In this document: positions 31,007 through 41,572 of the stretch, piece by piece | Numbering within the stretch: the stretch's first letter is position 1 | How the letters are laid out: the number at the start of each line of letters is the position of its first letter | Source: an uncultured bacterium | GTDB lineage: Bacteria; Krumholzibacteriota; Krumholzibacteriia; LZORAL124-64-63 | DNA length: 64,000 bases | Reading direction: 5' to 3' | NCBI GenBank assembly: GCA_963732385.1 | Contig: CAVSZB010000005.1 | Coordinates: 320,001-384,000, forward strand | Notes under the pieces: generated by a model | Databases searched by the model: none | Told to the model about the DNA's origin: nothing | What the model saw: only the letters and a program-made list of their open reading frames with translations | Program-made: the position numbers and the translations under genes

Positions 31007-32089
31007 CTAGCAGATCCTCGGCAACAGCTCACCCGCCGGCACATCAACGATCCGCGTGCCGCCGATGGCCGTGCGGAGCAGGACGCGCGCGCGCGGCGTC
31101 GCGTCGACACGCCCGATGACGACCGCGCCGGCGCCGAGCGGCTGCGCCCGCAACGCCGCCAACGCCGCCGACGCCTGTCCCGCCGGCACGAACGCCACCA
31201 GCTTCCCCTCGTTCGGCAGGTGCAGCGGGTCGAAGCCGAGCATCTCGCACGCCGCGGCGACCTCCGGGCGCACCGGGATCGTCGTCTCGTCCAGCACCAG
31301 GCCCACGCCGCTGCGCGCGGCGATCTCGTTCAGCGCCGCGGCCAGGCCACCGCGCGTCGGGTCGCGCAGGGCGTGCACCTCCACGCCCGCGGCGTAGAGC
31401 GACTCGACCAGGCCGTGCAGCGGCGCCACGTCCGACGCGATCGCGGTGCGCAGGGCCAGCTCGCCGCGGGCGGCGAGCACGGCGATTCCGTGTTCGCCCA
31501 GGCTGCCCGAGACGATCACCGCGTCGCCGGGCCGGGCGCCGGCGGCGCAACAGTCGCGACCGGGGGGGACGGCGCCGACCGCAGCCGTGGCGATGTACAG
31601 CCCGTCCACCTTGCCCCGCTCGGCCACCTTGGTGTCTCCGGCAACGATCGCCACGCCGGCTTCAGCCGCGGCATCGCGCATCGAGTCGGCCACCCGCGCC
31701 AGCAGGGCGGTGTCGAACCCCTCCTCGATCACGAAGGCGGCGGCCAGGCCGAGCGGGCGGGCGCCCACCATGGCGAGGTCGTTCACCGTGCCGCAGACGG
31801 CGAGACGGCCGATGTCACCGCCCGGGAAGAAGAGCGGCCTGACGATGTGCGCGTCGGTCGTGAGAGCGAGCCGCGCGCCGGCCGGCAACGGCTCGCGCAG
31901 CGTGAGCAGTGCGGCGTCGTCGCCGGCGTCGAGCGTGGGATTGCCCAGTCGCGGCCGGAACAGCCGCTCGATCAGCTCAGCAGTGAGCCGGCCGCCGCCG
32001 CCGTGACCGAGCACGATGCGGTCGTGATGCGGCAGCGGCAGCGGGCAGGCCGCACCGACCGGATCGGGAATGCCGGGGACGTCACTCAC
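31007..32089 (-). CDS. hypE: Hydrogenase maturation carbamoyl dehydratase
   Basis: [42 protein letters not shown]-terminal LPRIC. Confidence 0.95.
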   Translation of the reverse strand: MSDVPGIPDPVGAACPLPLPHHDRIVLGHGGGGRLTAELIERLFRPRLGNPTLDAGDDAALLTLREPLPAGARLALTTDAHIVRPLFFPGGDIGRLAVCGTVNDLAMVGARPLGLAAAFVIEEGFDTALLARVADSMRDAAAEAGVAIVAGDTKVAERGKVDGLYIATAAVGAVPPGRDCCAAGARPGDAVIVSGSLGEHGIAVLAARGELALRTAIASDVAPLHGLVESLYAAGVEVHALRDPTRGGLAAALNEIAARSGVGLVLDETTIPVRPEVAAACEMLGFDPLHLPNEGKLVAFVPAGQASAALAALRAQPLGAGAVVIGRVDATPRARVLLRTAIGGTRIVDVPAGELLPRIC

Positions 32090-33186
32090 GGGATCGCCTC
32101 CCTGACGCGGCCGTACCGGTGATACGCGTGGCAGGCCCCCTCCTGCGACACCATCGTCGCGCCGAGCGGACGGTCGGGCGTGCAGGGATTGCCGAAGGCG
32201 GGGCAGTCGGTGGGGCGTTGGCGTCCCTGCAGGATCTCGCCCGCGATGCAGATCGCCGGTTCGACGGTCTGCACGTGCCCGACTGCGAAGCGCGCCGCGG
32301 CGTCGAACTCGCGCCACTCCGCACGCAGGTGCAGACCGCTGTCGGGGATGCTGCCGATGCCGCGCCAGGCGTTATCTCCGGTCTGGAACACTTCGCGCAC
32401 GACCCCCTGCGCGCCCTCGTTGCCGCGTTCGGTGACGGCGCGCGGGTAGGCGTTCTCCACCTCGGCGCGGCCCGCCTCGAGCTGCCGCACCGCCGTCAGG
32501 ATGCCGTGCGCGAGATCGAGCGGCTCGAAGCCGGTCACCACGATCGGCACCCGGAAATCCGCGGCGATCGGCACGTACTCCCGCCAGCCCATGACCGCGC
32601 AGACATGACCGGCGGCGAGAAAGGCCTGCACGCGATTGCCCGGCGACGACAGGATCGCCCGCATCGCGCCCGGCACGCAGACCTGCGATACGAGGATGGA
32701 GTAGTTGCGCAGGCCGCGGCGACGCGCCATCAGCACGCTCATGGCGTTGGCCGGAGCTGTCGTCTCGAAGCCGATCGCGAAGAACACGATCTCGCGATCG
32801 GGATTCTTGCGCGCGATCTCCACGGCATCGAGCGGGGAGTAGACCACCCGCACGTCGCCGCCGGCGGCGCGCACGGCGAACAGGTCGGCGTCGGAGCCGG
32901 GAACGCGCAGCATGTCGCCATAGCTGGTGAAGATGACCTCGGGGCGACGGGCGATGGCCATAGCCTGGTCGAGCGTGGCGAGCGGCGTCACGCAGACGGG
33001 ACAGCCGGGACCGTGCACGAGCTCGATGCCGGCGGGCAGCAGACGGTCGAGGCCGCTGCGCACGAGCGTGTGGGTCTGGCCGCCGCAGACCTCCATGATC
33101 ACGTGCGGGCGGGTGACGACCCGGTGCAGTTCGGACAGGGCCGCGTGGACCAGCCGCGGGTCGCGAAACTCGGTAACGTGCTTCAT
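32086..33186 (-). CDS. hypD: Hydrogenase formation protein
   Basis: [31 protein letters not shown]. Confidence 0.95.
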   Translation of the reverse strand: MKHVTEFRDPRLVHAALSELHRVVTRPHVIMEVCGGQTHTLVRSGLDRLLPAGIELVHGPGCPVCVTPLATLDQAMAIARRPEVIFTSYGDMLRVPGSDADLFAVRAAGGDVRVVYSPLDAVEIARKNPDREIVFFAIGFETTAPANAMSVLMARRRGLRNYSILVSQVCVPGAMRAILSSPGNRVQAFLAAGHVCAVMGWREYVPIAADFRVPIVVTGFEPLDLAHGILTAVRQLEAGRAEVENAYPRAVTERGNEGAQGVVREVFQTGDNAWRGIGSIPDSGLHLRAEWREFDAAARFAVGHVQTVEPAICIAGEILQGRQRPTDCPAFGNPCTPDRPLGATMVSQEGACHAYHRYGRVREAIP

Positions 33187-33467
33187 GCCGGCGCCCCCGG
33201 CGGCGACAGGGATTCGCCGCGCGCGGCGTCCTCGGCCCGCCCCGCCTCCCCCAGCTCCGCCAGCAACCGCAGCGTCTCACGCGCCTCGGCCTCGTCGATC
33301 ACGCTGATGGCGAAGCCGACGTGGATGAGCACGTAGTCCCCCTCGCGGGCTTCCGGCACCCAGTCGAGACAGATCTCGCGCTGGACGCCGCCGAAATCGA
33401 CCAGGCCCATGCACGGCTCGTCGGTCCGGCGGATCTCCAGCACCTTCGCCGGGACGCCCAGGCACAT
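33183..33467 (-). CDS. hypC: Hydrogenase assembly chaperone
   Basis: [18 protein letters not shown]. Confidence 0.95.
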   Translation of the reverse strand: MCLGVPAKVLEIRRTDEPCMGLVDFGGVQREICLDWVPEAREGDYVLIHVGFAISVIDEAEARETLRLLAELGEAGRAEDAARGESLSPPGAPA

Positions 33468-33480
33468 GGCTGTCTCCCCC

Positions 33481-35790
33481 TCAGTTGGCGGGGCGCGGGC
33501 GCGCCCCCAGGGCCCAGGCCGCGATCACGAGCTGGCCGAGCGCCAGCCCTCCGTCGTTGGCCGGAACGGCGCGGTGGGTCAACACCGCGAAGCCGGCCGT
33601 CTCGAGCCGCGTCACCGCCAGTTCGAGCAGCAGCAGATTCTGCCACACTCCGCCGCTCAGGGCCACGCGTTGCAGTCCGGTTTCCCGGCGCAGGCGCAGA
33701 CAGACATCGCGCACCAGGTCGGCCACGGCGGCGTGGAAGCGGGCCGCCGTGACCAGCACGGGCTGTCCGGCGGCAACGTCGGCGGCGATGGCGCGGATCA
33801 CCGGGGCCGGATCGACCAGGTCACCCACGTGGGCGAAAACATAAGGCGCGTTGCCCTCCGGCGCCGGGCCCGCGCGGCGCGCGGCCGTTTCCAGTTCGCA
33901 CGCCGCCTGCGCCTCGTACGTCGCATGGTGACAAATCCCGGCGAGCGAGGCGACGGCGTCGAACAGGCGGCCCATGCTTGACGTCGGCGGGGCGTTGAGG
34001 CCGGCGCGCAACTGCGCGTCGAGCGCGGCCAGCTCGTCGGGCGTCGCGGCGGCCACCGGCGGCCGCTCCGGATCCCAGGGCAGGCCGGCCTGCCGCAACC
34101 AGCTCAGCGCCACGCGCCAGGGGTGGCGGGTGGCGGCATCGCCGCCCGGCAGCGGCAGGTAGGCAAGGTGCGCCGCGCGACGATAGCCGGCGTAGTCGGC
34201 CACGAGGAATTCGCCGCCCCAGATGGCGCCGTCGTCGCCGAGACCCGTGCCGTCGAACGCCACGCCGATGACCGGCTCGGCGCCGTCGAGCCCGTTGTCG
34301 GCCAGGCAGGCAGCGATGTGCGCATGGTGGTGCTGCACCGCGACGGCCGGGCGACCGGCAGCGGCGGCGCGCCCCGTCGCGTAGCGCGTCGCCTGGTAGT
34401 CGGGATGCAGGTCGTGCGCGATCGCCTCCGGCGCGACGCGGAACAGCCGCTCGTAGTGCGCGATCGCCGCTTCGTACGCGCGCAGCGTCTCCCAGTCCGC
34501 CAGGTCGCCGATGTGGTGGCTGGGATAGGCGCGCGTTTCGCGGCCGAGGCAGAAGGTATTCTTCAGTTCGCCGCCGGCGGCCAGCAGTGACGGCACGGCG
34601 AACGGAAGCGGCACCGGCAGCGGCGCATAGCCGCGCGCGCGGCGGAAGAGATACGGTCCGTCGCGCCACACGGCGACGACACTGTCGTCACAGCGGACAT
34701 GGATCGGGCGGTCGTGTCCGAGGAGGGCGTCGGCGAGCGGCGCGAGCCGGCAGCGGGCGTCAGCGTCCTCGTGGGCGATCGGCTCCTCGCTCAGGTTGCC
34801 GCTGGTCATGACCAGGACGTCGCCCGGATCGAGCAGCAGGTGGTGCAGCGGCGCGTAGGCGAGCATGAAGCCGAGCCGGTCGCGACGCGGGGCGACGTCC
34901 GGCGCGATCGCCGCGTCGCACCGCCGCGGCAGCAGCACGACCGGATGGGCCGGCGATTCGAGAAGCGCGCGCGCGGCCGGCGACACCTCCGCGTGCCGCG
35001 CGATCGTCTCCGGATCTGTCGCCATCAGCGCCAGCGGCTTCTCCACGCGCCGCTTGCGGTCGCGCAGGCGGGCCACCGCCACGGCCGACGCGGCGTCGCA
35101 CGCCAGGTGCCAGCCGCCGATCCCCTTCACGGCGACGATCGCCCCCCCCCGCAGCAACGCGCGGGCGCGGCGCAGGGCGTCGGCGCCGGCGGCCGCGACC
35201 ACGCCCTCCTCCTCCAGCCACAGCCGCGGACCGCAGGCGGGGCACGCCACCGGCTGCGCGTGGAAACGGCGGTCGGCGGGGTCGGCGTACTCGCGCGCGC
35301 AGTCGGCGCAGAGCGGGAAGTCGGCCATCGTCGTCAGGGGGCGATCGTACGGAATGTCGCGCACGATCGTGAAGCGGGGTCCGCAGTGCGTGCAGTTGAT
35401 GAACGGATAGCCGTGGCGCCGGTCGGCAGGATCGCGCAGTTCGCGTCGGCAGTCGGCGCAGAGCGCGAGATCGGGCGCGACCGGCAGGGAGGCGCCCGGC
35501 TCGGGCAGCGAGGAAAGGATGGCGAAATCCGTGAAGCCGCGCACGGCGACCTCGTCCACCTCGAGACAGTCGATCCGGGCGAGGGGTGGACCGCCGGCGC
35601 GCAGGGCGGCGAGGAAGGAGTCCGTCGCGGTTGCCGCACCCTCGAGCACGATCTCCACGCCGGAGGAACTGTTGCGCACCCGCCCGGCCAGCCCGAGACG
35701 CGTCGCCACGCTCCACACCCAGGGGCGGAACCCGACCGCCTGCACCACCCCCGAAACGTGGATCCGGAGCGCCTTGATTCCGGGCGTCAT
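33481..35790 (-). CDS. hypF: Carbamoyltransferase
   Basis: GVVQAVGFRP, zinc-finger CxxC pairs (NCTHCGPR, ACPACGP), QHHHAH, FDGTG.G.DG, PANDGG. Confidence 0.95.
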   Translation of the reverse strand: MTPGIKALRIHVSGVVQAVGFRPWVWSVATRLGLAGRVRNSSSGVEIVLEGAATATDSFLAALRAGGPPLARIDCLEVDEVAVRGFTDFAILSSLPEPGASLPVAPDLALCADCRRELRDPADRRHGYPFINCTHCGPRFTIVRDIPYDRPLTTMADFPLCADCAREYADPADRRFHAQPVACPACGPRLWLEEEGVVAAAGADALRRARALLRGGAIVAVKGIGGWHLACDAASAVAVARLRDRKRRVEKPLALMATDPETIARHAEVSPAARALLESPAHPVVLLPRRCDAAIAPDVAPRRDRLGFMLAYAPLHHLLLDPGDVLVMTSGNLSEEPIAHEDADARCRLAPLADALLGHDRPIHVRCDDSVVAVWRDGPYLFRRARGYAPLPVPLPFAVPSLLAAGGELKNTFCLGRETRAYPSHHIGDLADWETLRAYEAAIAHYERLFRVAPEAIAHDLHPDYQATRYATGRAAAAGRPAVAVQHHHAHIAACLADNGLDGAEPVIGVAFDGTGLGDDGAIWGGEFLVADYAGYRRAAHLAYLPLPGGDAATRHPWRVALSWLRQAGLPWDPERPPVAAATPDELAALDAQLRAGLNAPPTSSMGRLFDAVASLAGICHHATYEAQAACELETAARRAGPAPEGNAPYVFAHVGDLVDPAPVIRAIAADVAAGQPVLVTAARFHAAVADLVRDVCLRLRRETGLQRVALSGGVWQNLLLLELAVTRLETAGFAVLTHRAVPANDGGLALGQLVIAAWALGARPRPAN

Positions 35791-36455
35791 CGCGGGGGAC
35801 GCTTCGCCCGCGCCATGGCGCGGATCCACGTCACCCAGGCCTCGACCCCCTGGCCGGTGCGGCAGGAGACCGGGAAGGTGATCACGCCCGGGTTGAGCGT
35901 CTCTACCCCCCGGCGGAAGCGCTCCATGTCGAAATCCAGGTGCGGCAGCAGGTCGACCTTGTTGATGACGAGCGCGCCCACCCGGCTGTACATGGAGGGA
36001 TATTTGTACGGCTTGTCGTCCCCCTCGGGCGTCGAGGCGACGAGCACGTTGAGGTGCGTGCCGAGCGCGAAACTCGCGGGACAGATGAGGTTGCCCACGT
36101 TCTCCACGATCAGCACGTCCAGCTCCGCGAGCGGCAGTTCCTCAAGTGCGCTGCCCACCATCACCGCATCGAGATGGCAAGCGCCGCCGGTGTTGATCTG
36201 CACCGCGTTCGCGCCGGCCGACGCTGCACGCTCGGCGTCGATGCTGGTGGCGAGATCCCCTTCGATCACGCCGACCCGCAGCCCCCCCTTCAACAGCGCG
36301 AGGGTCTGCTCGATGAGCGACGTCTTCCCGGCTCCGGGCGAGGCGAGCAGGTTCAGGCCGAAGATACCGTGACGATCGAGCAGATCCTGGTTGATCCCGG
36401 CAATCTGATCGTTCGCCTTCGTGATTTTCTCCACGACCGGCACGCGCTTCGTCAT
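35787..36455 (-). CDS. hypB: Hydrogenase nickel incorporation GTPase
   Basis: SPGAGKT, CHLDA, ENVGNLICP, EGDDKPYKYP, NKVD. Confidence 0.95.
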   Translation of the reverse strand: MTKRVPVVEKITKANDQIAGINQDLLDRHGIFGLNLLASPGAGKTSLIEQTLALLKGGLRVGVIEGDLATSIDAERAASAGANAVQINTGGACHLDAVMVGSALEELPLAELDVLIVENVGNLICPASFALGTHLNVLVASTPEGDDKPYKYPSMYSRVGALVINKVDLLPHLDFDMERFRRGVETLNPGVITFPVSCRTGQGVEAWVTWIRAMARAKRPPR

Positions 36456-36820
36456 GATGGCCCCTCCCCCGCGACCGGGTCCTCGACGTCGATCGACTCC
36501 ACCCGGAACTCCCGACCTTCGACCACGCGTGTTGCGCGGACGCCGCAGGCGGGACAGTCGAAGCTTACGCCATCGGGAGCGAAAAGCGTCTGGCATTCCT
36601 GGCAGGCCAGTCGCAACGGCACGCGCCGGAAGTCCAATACGGCCCCCTGCGCCGGCGTCCCCCCGCTGATGAGATCCCAGCAGAATCGGACAGAGTCGTC
36701 CACGACTCCGGATAGCCCGCCGATCACCAGGTGGACGGCCGTTACCCGCGCGGCGCCCGCCCTGGCGGCGTGATCCAGGACCAGATCGAGGATCCCCTGC
36801 GTGATCGGAAGCTCATGCAC
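36452..36820 (-). CDS. hypA: Hydrogenase nickel metallochaperone
   Basis: MHE N-terminus, CQEC...CPAC, GRE. Confidence 0.95.
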   Translation of the reverse strand: MHELPITQGILDLVLDHAARAGAARVTAVHLVIGGLSGVVDDSVRFCWDLISGGTPAQGAVLDFRRVPLRLACQECQTLFAPDGVSFDCPACGVRATRVVEGREFRVESIDVEDPVAGEGPS

Positions 36821-36877
36821 GACGTCATCTTAGACCATGTGCAGCGCCGGGGCAACCGGCTCCGGGCGCTCAGCGTT

Positions 36878-38989
36878 TCACTCCCCCCACGCGTCGAACC
36901 AGGCGTTCACGCCGACCGCCAGCATCCGGCCCGGCTCGGGCACGCCGAGCTGCGACTCGACAAGGTTGTCGCTCAGGTTGTTCACGCGGACGAAGAGCTC
37001 GGCCCGGGTCAGCGGGTCGGGCGCGTCGAGCCAGGTCCAGGCCGCGCGCACGTTCCAGCTCGCCTGGGCCGGCAGGCGGCGCAGACCGTCGACTTCGTCG
37101 GTAAGGTCGGCCGAATCGCGCGCGCCCGTCAGCGACCCCTCGGCCGCCAGACGCACGCCCCACGGTCCGCTCCACGAGCCCGAAAGCCAGGCGAGATACG
37201 CGGGTCGATCCTCCACGGAGCCGCTGAAGACATCGTCAACCTGGCGGCGCGCCGACAACGCCGTGGCGTGCGCCGCCAGTTCCCAGGCGGACGCCGGCCG
37301 CCAGGCGAGCACCGCCTCCGCGCCGAGCGTGCGGATATCATCCACGTTGCGGCGCTGGAACTGACGCTCCGGCAGGGTGACCTTCTCGATCGGCCCGTCG
37401 AGCCGCGCGGCAAAGCCGGTCAGACCGGCTTCCCAGGCGCCGCCGCGCGCCACGGCTCCCAGCTCGACCTGGTCCTGTCGCTCCGGCGCGAGGTCGGGAT
37501 TGGGCACGAAGCGGCCGAGTGCGCCGGAGTACAGCTCGCGCAGGGCCGGGAACCGGCTGCGCCGCGACACGGAGGCATGGAGCGTGAAGCCGCCGCGCAG
37601 CTCCCGCTCGAGGCCCAGGTGCACGACGGCGGCGGTGGTGGCGTCGCGCGCCGGCTTGTCGCCGGTTTCGGGCGTGGCGGCGAATTCGCCGCCGGCGCCG
37701 CCGCGCAGGCGCCAGCCATCTCCGAAGCCGGTCCGTCCCTCGGCCACGAACGAGCCGAGCCACTGCGCGTAAGCGAGTATCGGTCCGTCCAAAGCCAGCG
37801 ATTCGCGATGACGCGCGTAGCGGGCCACCCCCTGCACCGCGACCGACGACGCCTCTCCGAGCTGCCGCGTCACGCGCACCCGCGCGTGACCGGCACGGTC
37901 ATCGTCGCTCTCATAGTCGATGCCGGACTCGAGGGCCGGCGTGGCGTACGTGGAGTCGTCGTACGCGCGGATCTCCGTGCGTCCCAGGTCCGCCGCCACG
38001 GCTGTCTGCAGCGCCCAGCGGCGGGCCGCGTCGAGCGGTAGCGCGAGAGTGACGCCGAGCAGGCCGCGCCGCGCCACCGGAAAACGCCAGAAACGCGCAT
38101 CGTCCACGCCGAGATGGGTCTCGGGAGGGACACCCTTGCGGCCGTCCGTGCCGGCGAACAGGAAACGCAGCGAGCCTTCATCGCCGAGCCGGCGTTCGGC
38201 GCGCGCGAAGAGCGAAGTCTGCGCGAGATCGCTGTTGAGGCGCTGCCTTCCACCGGTCTGGTTGTGGGGCGGCGCATAGCCGTCCGGCACCAGGAATCCC
38301 GACTGCTCGCGCCGCGACAGGCCGCCCATCCAGGTCCAGGCGCCCCGGCTCTGCAGGTGGAGCAGGCGCCCTTCGTGGTAGCGCGACTCCCCGGTCTGCA
38401 GGCTGAGCCGCGTGCGTCGTCCGTCGCCCGGAACCCGGGCCGGCGTCAGGTCGACCGTCCCGGCGAGGGCGTTCGGCCCGTCGAGCACGCCGGTCACGCC
38501 GCGCGTGGCGGTCACGCTGGCGATCGCGTCGATCGGGACGAGGCTCAGGTCCACCCTTTCGTCCCACGGCACGTTGAGCGGGATGCCGTCGAGCGAGACC
38601 CGCACGTGCCGCTCCGACGCTCCGCGCACCATGAAGGTGCTCTCACCGCGCGAGTTGATGTTGACCCTGGTCGCGGGCAACGACGGTCCGAGGTCGGCCG
38701 CCGCGCGGGCGTCGCGCGCGCCGATCGTGACCGCGTCGAGCTTGACGCGCCCGGGATCGGCCGTGCGGCTGGTCGTCGATCCGATGACGAGCACCGGCTC
38801 GGTCAGACCCCAGAGACTGTCGGCGCCGGAGAAGAACGTCGAATCGGGAACCGCGAAATCGAGCGTGTCCCCGGGAGCATCCGCGCCGTGGGCGACCATG
38901 GCGCCCGCCATGAGCGCGAGCACGAGCGTGGCGACGGCCGGGCCGGCCAGCTGTCGCGGTACAAGGAAAAGCACGGGTCGATCGGCCAT
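36878..38989 (-). CDS. TonB-dependent receptor
   Basis: Signal peptide, plug motif VRG......V.LDG.P, PNALAGTV, FP.L.ELY, NPDL.PE, VNNL.D, PGR. Confidence 0.88.
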   Translation of the reverse strand: MADRPVLFLVPRQLAGPAVATLVLALMAGAMVAHGADAPGDTLDFAVPDSTFFSGADSLWGLTEPVLVIGSTTSRTADPGRVKLDAVTIGARDARAAADLGPSLPATRVNINSRGESTFMVRGASERHVRVSLDGIPLNVPWDERVDLSLVPIDAIASVTATRGVTGVLDGPNALAGTVDLTPARVPGDGRRTRLSLQTGESRYHEGRLLHLQSRGAWTWMGGLSRREQSGFLVPDGYAPPHNQTGGRQRLNSDLAQTSLFARAERRLGDEGSLRFLFAGTDGRKGVPPETHLGVDDARFWRFPVARRGLLGVTLALPLDAARRWALQTAVAADLGRTEIRAYDDSTYATPALESGIDYESDDDRAGHARVRVTRQLGEASSVAVQGVARYARHRESLALDGPILAYAQWLGSFVAEGRTGFGDGWRLRGGAGGEFAATPETGDKPARDATTAAVVHLGLERELRGGFTLHASVSRRSRFPALRELYSGALGRFVPNPDLAPERQDQVELGAVARGGAWEAGLTGFAARLDGPIEKVTLPERQFQRRNVDDIRTLGAEAVLAWRPASAWELAAHATALSARRQVDDVFSGSVEDRPAYLAWLSGSWSGPWGVRLAAEGSLTGARDSADLTDEVDGLRRLPAQASWNVRAAWTWLDAPDPLTRAELFVRVNNLSDNLVESQLGVPEPGRMLAVGVNAWFDAWGE

Positions 38990-39135
38990 GATGGGCTGCC
39001 TCCGGTAAGTGCCAGGAAACGGAACCATACCGCAAACCGGTCGTCGCTGACAAACCCTGGCAGGGCGCATTAGGGATGGCCGACGCTCCCGTCACGATTT
39101 TGCTTCTCTATCATTGATCGCGTCCGGCCAATTGA

Positions 39136-39164
39136 TTGACGCCTCGGCGCGCTCCCGGCAGAAT
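39136..39164 (+). promoter_or_regulatory. Putative sigma70 promoter of the peroxidase / cytochrome-porin operon
   Basis: TTGACG-N17-CAGAAT, 45 bp upstream of the ATG. Confidence 0.5.
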
Positions 39165-39209
39165 GCTCCCCCTACCTCACCCTCACGTCTCACCGAAAGG
39201 AACCGCAGC

Positions 39210-40247
39210 ATGAAGGCCCGATCAGCCGCTCTCCTGGGCGCGTTCGCGGCGGCGCTGCTGCTGCCCGCGGGGCTCTGCGCCCAGGGGCAGTTTCTCGCCA
39301 ACGGTTCCCTGCCCCCGCTGCCGGTCCCGGTGGATAACCCGCAGACCGACGCGAAGATCCGGCTCGGCGCGCAACTCTACTTCGACCCGCGCCTGTCGGC
39401 GGACAACACGATCAGCTGCGCCACCTGTCACGCCCCGCAGACCGGCTGGGCGAACCACGGCGCCACCGACACCGGCATCCGCGGCCAGGTCGGCGGTCGC
39501 AACTCCGGCACGATCCTCGACTCCGCCTGGATGCGCGTGCAGTTCTGGGACGGCCGCGCCGCCTCGCTCGAGGAGCAGGCGGTCGGGCCGATCCACAATC
39601 CGATCGAGATGGGCGAGACGCTCGAGCACGACGTACAGAAGCTGAACGCCATCCCGGGCTATCGCCAGCAGTTCCAGACCGTCTTCGGCACCGACGCCAC
39701 CGCGGACGGCATCGCCAAGGCGATCGCCGCTTTCGAGCGCACGGTGGTGACCGGACCGTCGCCGTACGACCGCTGGCTCGCCGGCGACCGGGCGGCCATG
39801 TCGCCCGCAGCCGTGCGCGGCCACCACCTCTTCAACGGCAAGGGGCATTGCACGCCGTGCCACAGCGGCCCCGCCTTTTCCGACCAGGGCTATCACAACC
39901 TCGGCGCCGGCATGGACAAGCCGAACCCCGATCCCGGACGCGAAGCGGTCTCGAAGGATCCGCGTGACCGCGGACGCTTCAAGACCCCGGGCCTGCGCAA
40001 CTGCGCGCTGACCCACCCTTACCTGCACACCGGCGCGGAAAAGACGCTGCGCGACGTGATCGACTTCTACGACCGCGGCGGCGTGCCCAATCCGGATCTC
40101 GATCCGCTGATGCTGCCGCTCCGGCTGACCGAGCGCGAGAAAAGCGATCTCGTCGCCTTCCTCGAGGCGCTGACCGGAACCGTGCCGAACATCACGCCGC
40201 CCGCGCTGCCCGCGGACGCTCCCGCGCAGGAAGGTGGTGTGCGATGA
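39210..40247 (+). CDS. Di-heme cytochrome c peroxidase (bCcP/MauG family)
   Basis: Signal peptide, LYFDPRLS, CATCH, QFWDGRA, P.EM, CTPCH, FKTP.LRN. Confidence 0.92.
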   Translation: MKARSAALLGAFAAALLLPAGLCAQGQFLANGSLPPLPVPVDNPQTDAKIRLGAQLYFDPRLSADNTISCATCHAPQTGWANHGATDTGIRGQVGGRNSGTILDSAWMRVQFWDGRAASLEEQAVGPIHNPIEMGETLEHDVQKLNAIPGYRQQFQTVFGTDATADGIAKAIAAFERTVVTGPSPYDRWLAGDRAAMSPAAVRGHHLFNGKGHCTPCHSGPAFSDQGYHNLGAGMDKPNPDPGREAVSKDPRDRGRFKTPGLRNCALTHPYLHTGAEKTLRDVIDFYDRGGVPNPDLDPLMLPLRLTEREKSDLVAFLEALTGTVPNITPPALPADAPAQEGGVR

Positions 40248-41437
40248 AGATCCGCCGCGTTTTCCCGTTCGCCACGCTCGCGGCCCTGGTCCTGACCGCT
40301 CTCTGGCCGGCCCCCTCCGGCGCCGTGCCGGTGTTCGCCCGCAAATACGGGCTCAACTGCACCAACTGTCACTCCGCCTTCCCGCGCCTGAACGACTGGG
40401 GCCAGCGCTTCCGCGCGAACGGCTACCAGTTGCCAGGTCGCGAAAACGAAGAGAAGACCGTGCTCGAAGGACCGGCGCCGGTTGCCCTGCGCACGACGTT
40501 CGGCTTCACCAGCGAGTCCTTCGACCACACGTCCGAGGGAGCGGTGGACCGGTCCGGCTTCAAGCTGGTCGGGCTGGACATCCTCTCCGCCGGCGTGATC
40601 GCGCCGCACATCGGCTACCTGTTCGTCTTCCCGCCCCAGATCGCCGCGGCGCGCGGCGTGGCCGAGCAGGAGGGCACCCTCGAGATGGCGAGCATCACCT
40701 TCAACAACCTCGGCTCGCCGTGGCTGAACGTGCGGGCCGGGCGCTTCGAGCCGGCCTACGCCGCCTTCAGCGTGAAGCGCCACCTCAGCATCACGCCCTA
40801 CGAGATCTACGACTACGCCTTTCCCGGCGGCTCGCCGTTCTCCGAGACGCAGGAGGGATTCGAGGTGACCGGCCACGGAGGCGGCTTCGCCTACGCGACC
40901 GGCTGGCTGAACGGCTCGGCCACGAACCGTCCCAACGACAGCCCTGCCGACGTCTACGGGCGCGCCACTTATACGTTCGGCGCCGGCGAGGGCCAGACCG
41001 CCGGGCAGCGCTTCGGCGCGACCGCCTACCTCGGCAGCGCCCGCCCCTATGCCGGCGTCGGCGACCGGCAAACATTCTCGCGCCTCGGCCTCGACGCCAG
41101 CCTCAACTGGCGCCAGTGGAACCTCGCGGCGCAGTGGCTGACCGCGACCGACGACCGCTCGCTGTGGGGCGACGCCGACGATGTCGACTGGTCCGGCTGG
41201 TTCTCCGAGCTCACCTGGCAGCCGGTCGTGGAGTGCCTGGCGTTCGCCCGGTTCGACGCGGTGGACACGCCCGACGCGATCAATCAGGACATCGCGCGCT
41301 GGACCGGCGGCGCCCGGTACTATTTCGCCGACAACCTGGCGCTGCACCTCGAATACTCGCGACGCGTGACCGACCTGCCGGGCGATGATGATCCGACCGA
41401 GGATCTGGCGACGGCGCGGCTCGATATCGCGTTCTGA
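40244..41437 (+). CDS. Monoheme cytochrome c fused to an outer membrane porin (Cyc2/ExtI-like)
   Basis: Signal peptide then AVPVFARKYGLNCTNCH..FP.LN..G..FR.NGY, a beta-barrel body and a C-terminal Phe; ATGA overlap with the peroxidase. Confidence 0.8.
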   Translation: MKIRRVFPFATLAALVLTALWPAPSGAVPVFARKYGLNCTNCHSAFPRLNDWGQRFRANGYQLPGRENEEKTVLEGPAPVALRTTFGFTSESFDHTSEGAVDRSGFKLVGLDILSAGVIAPHIGYLFVFPPQIAAARGVAEQEGTLEMASITFNNLGSPWLNVRAGRFEPAYAAFSVKRHLSITPYEIYDYAFPGGSPFSETQEGFEVTGHGGGFAYATGWLNGSATNRPNDSPADVYGRATYTFGAGEGQTAGQRFGATAYLGSARPYAGVGDRQTFSRLGLDASLNWRQWNLAAQWLTATDDRSLWGDADDVDWSGWFSELTWQPVVECLAFARFDAVDTPDAINQDIARWTGGARYYFADNLALHLEYSRRVTDLPGDDDPTEDLATARLDIAF

Positions 41438-41463
41438 CCCGGTCCGCAGGCAGGCCTTCCCGA

Positions 41464-41495
41464 CAGGGCTCCGGCGCGGTGGCGTCGGAGCCCTG
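41464..41495 (+). terminator. Hairpin after the cytochrome-porin gene
   Basis: CAGGGCTCCGGCGC-ggtg-GCGTCGGAGCCCTG. Confidence 0.55.
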
Positions 41496-41572
41496 CCCTT
41501 GCCGGCCTGAGCGACCGCACCCCGTCCGACTTCCCCATTGGCCGCGTCGTTGCGGCAGCGTAGGATGCCGCC

